Shown: positions 53,396 to 56,914 of the stretch, piece by piece
How positions within the stretch are numbered: the first letter of the stretch is position 1
Layout: the number at the start of each line of letters is the position of its first letter
Assembly (NCBI GenBank): GCA_030647955.1
Contig: JAUSIQ010000030.1
Coordinates: forward strand, 1-56,914
Source: a bacterium
Lineage (GTDB): Bacteria; Patescibacteriota; Minisyncoccia; 2-02-FULL-40-12; IGHO2-12-FULL-4
Direction: 5' to 3'
Length of the DNA stretch: 56,914 nucleotides
Position numbers and translations under genes: made by a program
The notes under the pieces: generated by a model
Told to the model about the DNA's origin: nothing
Seen by the model: only the letters and a program-made list of their open reading frames with translations
The model's database searches: none

Positions 53396-54454
53396 CTACT
53401 CTCCCGGAACTGGTTCGGGTGTAGATTGGGGGGTTAACTCTGGAGTTGCTTCAGCCGGTGTGGGCTCAGGGGTAGCTTCAGGTGTTGGGGTAGCTTCAGG
53501 TGTTGGCGAAGGCGATGGTTGGAGTGTTGGCCCAGGAGTTTCCGCCGGAGGCGGACCAGCCTCTGGCTGGGGTTCCGGCGTAGGCGTAGTTTCCGGCGTA
53601 GGTGTCGGAGTTGGTTCCGGAGTTGCTTGCGGTGAGCTTGTCGAATCCGGTTCAGGCGTGAAAGTAGGTTCTGGAGTCGAAGTCGAAGTCGGAGTCGGTG
53701 TGAAAATCAACGCGGGTGTTGGAGTAGGTGTTGGAATCGGGGTTGCTTTCTTTTTCTGCTCTGCCAGTATTTGTTCCACTATTTTGCGTATTTCTTCTTG
53801 ATCAATTTTTCCTCCTACAGCAGAACTCCCCGTTGCAACTTCTGCAGAATTGGACGCTGTGGTTGATATCAATGCTTCTTTTTTTATTTCAGAGGTTTCA
53901 GGGGTTATAACCGGAGCATACTCCGGAAAGACATTCTCTTTTGTATCAAAGTATTTGCCGATAAGACCCGTATATTCCGTTGCAACAATCTTGTGGGACG
54001 AACCGTTTTGTCTTTCCAATTTTTGGACCTTATTCAAATAAGAGGACTCTTTTTCAATAAGATCCCCTATTTCCTTAGCCACGTAAAGACCCAAGTCCTT
54101 CAGATAATGATTAGCCAAGGCCTTTTTGGAAACAGTCAGGACCTTATCGTTGCTAACCCTTTTCCAGACATGATCATCAATGGCGATGGTTTGATAAGCA
54201 TAGGAAACATAATAACTGTCCTCGTCTTCGGTCACACTGTTTATCCGTAAATCAAAATTAAGACCGTCCAAATTGGCCGACACTATATAACTGTTATCCA
54301 CAGAGCGGACGATATTTTCGCTCTTCACGAAATCATCCCTCAATTCCGGGCTGGCCGCCAGAGACACGCCTAAACCGCCAAAAACAAGCGAAATAGTTAT
54401 CGCTACCGCGTTATTGTATTTTATAAAATGAATTAGTTTTTTTACCATTGCCAA
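53396..54454 (-). CDS. Signal-anchored protein with a long Pro/Thr/Glu-rich C-terminal tail
   Basis: N-terminal TM, a globular region, then about 110 aa of TPTP/PEATP low complexity. Confidence 0.55.
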   Translation of the reverse strand: MAMVKKLIHFIKYNNAVAITISLVFGGLGVSLAASPELRDDFVKSENIVRSVDNSYIVSANLDGLNFDLRINSVTEDEDSYYVSYAYQTIAIDDHVWKRVSNDKVLTVSKKALANHYLKDLGLYVAKEIGDLIEKESSYLNKVQKLERQNGSSHKIVATEYTGLIGKYFDTKENVFPEYAPVITPETSEIKKEALISTTASNSAEVATGSSAVGGKIDQEEIRKIVEQILAEQKKKATPIPTPTPTPALIFTPTPTSTSTPEPTFTPEPDSTSSPQATPEPTPTPTPETTPTPEPQPEAGPPPAETPGPTLQPSPSPTPEATPTPEATPEPTPAEATPELTPQSTPEPVPGE

Positions 54455-54672
54455 TACTTAAATAATAACACGAAACCGCTTGCCGCCACCCCCGAAACCT
54501 TTTTAACGCTGGCTATCGCCACCCCGGAAATCTTTTTTATGCTTGCAAAAGCGACACCGGCAACGGATTTAATAACTCCACCCCCGGCTTCTCCGCCTTG
54601 CGCCGCCGTTGGGTCGTGTGTAGTGAAGGCGCCGGCATTTTTAGTTGGGTCATTGGTATAAAAAGTTGCCAT
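54442..54672 (-). CDS. Small Gly/Ala-rich repeat protein (76 aa)
   Basis: ATG 54672 (MATFYTNDPTK...). It has three tandem K-x-(I/V)-(S/A)-G-V-A-x-A-S units and a hydrophobic WQW end. Its 3' end overlaps the downstream gene start by 13 nt. Confidence 0.4.
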   Translation of the reverse strand: MATFYTNDPTKNAGAFTTHDPTAAQGGEAGGGVIKSVAGVAFASIKKISGVAIASVKKVSGVAASGFVLLFKYWQW

Positions 54673-54682
54673 ATACCATATA

Positions 54683-55933
54683 TTATTGAATAGTATCCGT
54701 CCACACAAAAGATTCTACGGGAGTCGTACGAATAACTACTACATACACCGTCGCACCGACAGCGCTTGAGCCGGTATATACAGCTTCTACTATACCACTT
54801 GAATCCGTTGAGATTGTGCGGTCAGAAAGAGTATCTTTATCCATCCAAGTAGCTTGGTCTGCGTCACCAGTGGCATAGACATGCACAGATATCTTAATCG
54901 CTTCACTGGCCACTGCGGCATCGTTTTTGTCTTTCAGCAGAAAATGCACTACTTTGGAAAGGCTGTTGGTAACAGAAGCATCAGCAGTTGTGATTAACTC
55001 GGCATTAGATGCCACCGACAAAATACTTCCTGTTGACTGGTCATAATCCAACACCACCGTGTCATCTTGCTGGATAAGTTCAGCTCTTCTCACCACCCAG
55101 CTAGTTGTTGTATTGCCACTGCGATAGGTTAACGCCGCATTTGCCCCGCCATTGACTTGCGCCGTTAATCCGGCAACCGTATCTCCCGCGCTGGGAGCAG
55201 GCGTAATATCTACAGCTTCATCGAAAGTAATCGCGATATCTTGATATGGGCCGCCGGTCTCGTCTGAAAATGCCCGGTCCGAATCAGCCATTGAGGCCGT
55301 GGAAATATGCGGAGCAAATAGATCAGTGGCGGTAACAAATTCTATCCAACCCGGTTCAGTAGTAACATTGGTACTGCCGTTGGTCAGATCCGTGCTGCCG
55401 GTATTGCCATAATCTATTGTGCCGCTTAGAGTTGCGGTAGCGGTATTCTGGGCTCGATAGCCGATCTCAACCACGATTCTATCGCTTGCAGAAGCACTCA
55501 CAGTAGAAAGTGTTTTTGTGCCCTCTGTCGCTCCGGCGGCAGTTGTCGGCCAGTTTGTAGCGCCGATATCATCTGCCAAAAGCGTTCCCCGAGGAGTATT
55601 TAAATCAGTCCCAGTTGAAACATAGATATGAACATGAAATTTGCCGTTCAAATTAGTCGATGCCAGTGCGCCAATCACCCACTCAGCTGTATCGCTGGTG
55701 CTAAAAGAAACAGCATTGTCTATAGGATTAGAAATCCATCTCCCCAAGAAAACGTCCCAATCAGTGGTGGCAGTGGCTTCAGAATCAGAAACAGTAGCGG
55801 CGGTATCACCCGTAGACCGGCTAAGCAACCGATCATTCAGTGTGCTGGAAGAGTCATCCCAAGTTCCCTGTAGAGTTGTGCCGCTGTAACCGGAAGCGGC
55901 GCTATTTGTAATATAAAGTCGTGTTGTTGCCAT
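54683..55933 (-). CDS. Thr/Ser/Ala/Asp-rich, Cys-free hypothetical protein (possible lectin/jelly-roll plus Ig-like domains), no signal peptide
   Basis: 416-aa ORF with TGTTATAAT 7 nt upstream of the ATG. The composition is typical of extracellular or structural proteins. The fold assignment is a guess. Confidence 0.5.
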   Translation of the reverse strand: MATTRLYITNSAASGYSGTTLQGTWDDSSSTLNDRLLSRSTGDTAATVSDSEATATTDWDVFLGRWISNPIDNAVSFSTSDTAEWVIGALASTNLNGKFHVHIYVSTGTDLNTPRGTLLADDIGATNWPTTAAGATEGTKTLSTVSASASDRIVVEIGYRAQNTATATLSGTIDYGNTGSTDLTNGSTNVTTEPGWIEFVTATDLFAPHISTASMADSDRAFSDETGGPYQDIAITFDEAVDITPAPSAGDTVAGLTAQVNGGANAALTYRSGNTTTSWVVRRAELIQQDDTVVLDYDQSTGSILSVASNAELITTADASVTNSLSKVVHFLLKDKNDAAVASEAIKISVHVYATGDADQATWMDKDTLSDRTISTDSSGIVEAVYTGSSAVGATVYVVVIRTTPVESFVWTDTIQ

Positions 55934-55940
55934 TTAGTTA

Positions 55941-55949
55941 ATTATAACA
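55941..55949 (-). promoter_or_regulatory. Extended -10 box TGTTATAAT 7 nt upstream of ATG 55933
   Basis: It has the same 15-nt context (TTTTTGTTATAATTA) as the cohesin gene promoter at 50511-50525. Confidence 0.5.
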
Positions 55950-55989
55950 AAAAATTATCAACCAACCAAGTTAATAAGTTACATAATTA

Positions 55990-56914
55990 TCAGCTTTGTT
56001 TGTAACATATCAAATGAATATAATATGGTTCTTCTGGTTGCATTCTTTCAAAATCTGCCATGCCTTCTTCGGATAAATCAGCTGTTAATTTTTCGTAGGT
56101 AAAGCCATTTTTGGAAAAACCCCATTGATTGTCTTGGGCTGAAAATATGGTCATCCACCACCAATCTCGTTGTTCCTTGTCGTTTAAAAAGGCCTTGAGG
56201 ATATATTCAAAATCCAAAAAAATAATTTCTAATTTCCCGCTGGTCTTAAGCACTCTCGCCATTTCTCTTTTTACTCCTCTCCACTCTATAGGCGAAAAAA
56301 GGCAGGGAAAATTTCCTTCGGTAAATATTTCGTCAACCGAAACGTCGACAAACGGCCAAGGCGTCCTAAAGTCATGCCTTAGATCGCACGGACCCTGGAT
56401 GTCTATATTAATATATCCTTTCCTGTGTTTATCCCCACAGCCAAGATTAAGTCGTAAGGGTTTTGCGTTCTTTAATTCGCTTGGGAGGTGCTCAATGGAC
56501 TTATTAATATCAACATCTATAAAACTTCCTCCGGCTTTTACTAAACGTTCTCTAAACCACCTTTCCCCGCCATGCCAGCTGTTTGGCGCGTCTGGGTCTG
56601 TTTTCCTGCCTTCTTCAAGCAGGAAGCTGTATTTTTCCAGAGGTTTTCTTAGGATCAAAGCACAACTAAAAGCAGTGTTGGACCTGCCGTTCATGTCTTT
56701 GCCCCAAGAATTATAACTGACCATGGTAAAATTCTCTGATTTTATCACTTTGATCAGCTCACCCAACGTGTGGGCCGGCACGATCTGGTCGCATTCCCAG
56801 CTGAACCAGGCATCGTAGCCGTTGCTTAAAACTTTATTTCTTATTATTTCCCGGGAGCGGGAAATTCTTTCGCCGGCGCTAAGGTTTTGATTTATTTCAA
56901 GATGCTCCAGTTTA
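55990..56914 (-). CDS. GT-A-like glycosyltransferase fragment fused to a class I SAM-dependent methyltransferase (5' end beyond the window)
   Basis: The frame stays open upstream of the tracked GTG to the window edge (...SREIIRNKVLSNGYDAWFSWECDQIVP...). The C-half has the LNLGCG motif I and VLKTSGKLEI. Confidence 0.5.
   Translation of the reverse strand, partial: KLEHLEINQNLSAGERISRSREIIRNKVLSNGYDAWFSWECDQIVPAHTLGELIKVIKSENFTMVSYNSWGKDMNGRSNTAFSCALILRKPLEKYSFLLEEGRKTDPDAPNSWHGGERWFRERLVKAGGSFIDVDINKSIEHLPSELKNAKPLRLNLGCGDKHRKGYINIDIQGPCDLRHDFRTPWPFVDVSVDEIFTEGNFPCLFSPIEWRGVKREMARVLKTSGKLEIIFLDFEYILKAFLNDKEQRDWWWMTIFSAQDNQWGFSKNGFTYEKLTADLSEEGMADFERMQPEEPYYIHLICYKQS

Noticed and set aside
53460-53801. 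113-aa Gly/Val/Ser-rich plus-strand ORF
   Set aside because: It is the mirror image of the Pro/Thr/Glu-rich low-complexity tail of the minus-strand gene 53396-54454. Antisense frames of such repeats stay open by composition alone.
1-56914. CRISPR arrays, transposases, integrases, reverse transcriptases (retron/DGR) and known defence-system genes
   Set aside because: No short direct-repeat/spacer arrays and no ORFs with the corresponding catalytic motifs were seen. The Cas2-like fold of the PaaX-type protein has no cas gene or array context.

Overview
This 56.9-kb window is densely coding and moderately AT-rich. Its gene content looks like a small, reduced Patescibacteria/CPR-type bacterial genome; that assignment is my inference. 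Almost everything is on the minus strand. The only plus-strand block is uvrB-truB-(Zn-ribbon ORF)-rpsT at 39.6-43.7 kb.

Recognisable genes:
- Cell envelope and division: ftsQ-like, alr, mreBCD plus PBP2, murG, a Mur ligase, FemAB, ftsW/rodA, mraY and a D,D-carboxypeptidase.
- Translation: serS, lysS, proS, aspS, frr, rpsT and truB.
- DNA repair and replication: holB, dinB, ogt-like, ruvA and uvrB.
- Proteases: rseP, lon, an S8 subtilase and a presenilin-like GxGD protease.
- Several transporters.
- A terminal cluster of surface proteins at 48.5-56.9 kb, including two cohesin-module proteins and one dockerin/FN3 protein.

Things the ORFs do not explain:
1. A 1.1-kb GC-rich, ORF-free, hairpin-dense gap (13.3-14.4 kb). 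It carries its own promoters and terminators and most likely encodes one or more large structured RNAs that I could not assign to any known family.
2. Two further unassigned RNA candidates upstream of rpsT (42.73-42.98 kb and 43.03-43.38 kb).
3. A family of AT-rich palindromic intergenic repeats built from the words TTATAAAGT and TTCATCAAGT, with five copies.
4. A second short repeat in two copies, in which a conserved hairpin sequesters an SD-ATG. Each copy is convergent on the 3' end of a translation gene (proS, rpsT).
5. Recurrent extended -10 boxes 5-10 nt upstream of start codons, implying many leaderless mRNAs.

No rRNA, tRNA, CRISPR array, transposase or integrase was recognised. All identifications rest on reading motifs by eye; no database search was run.
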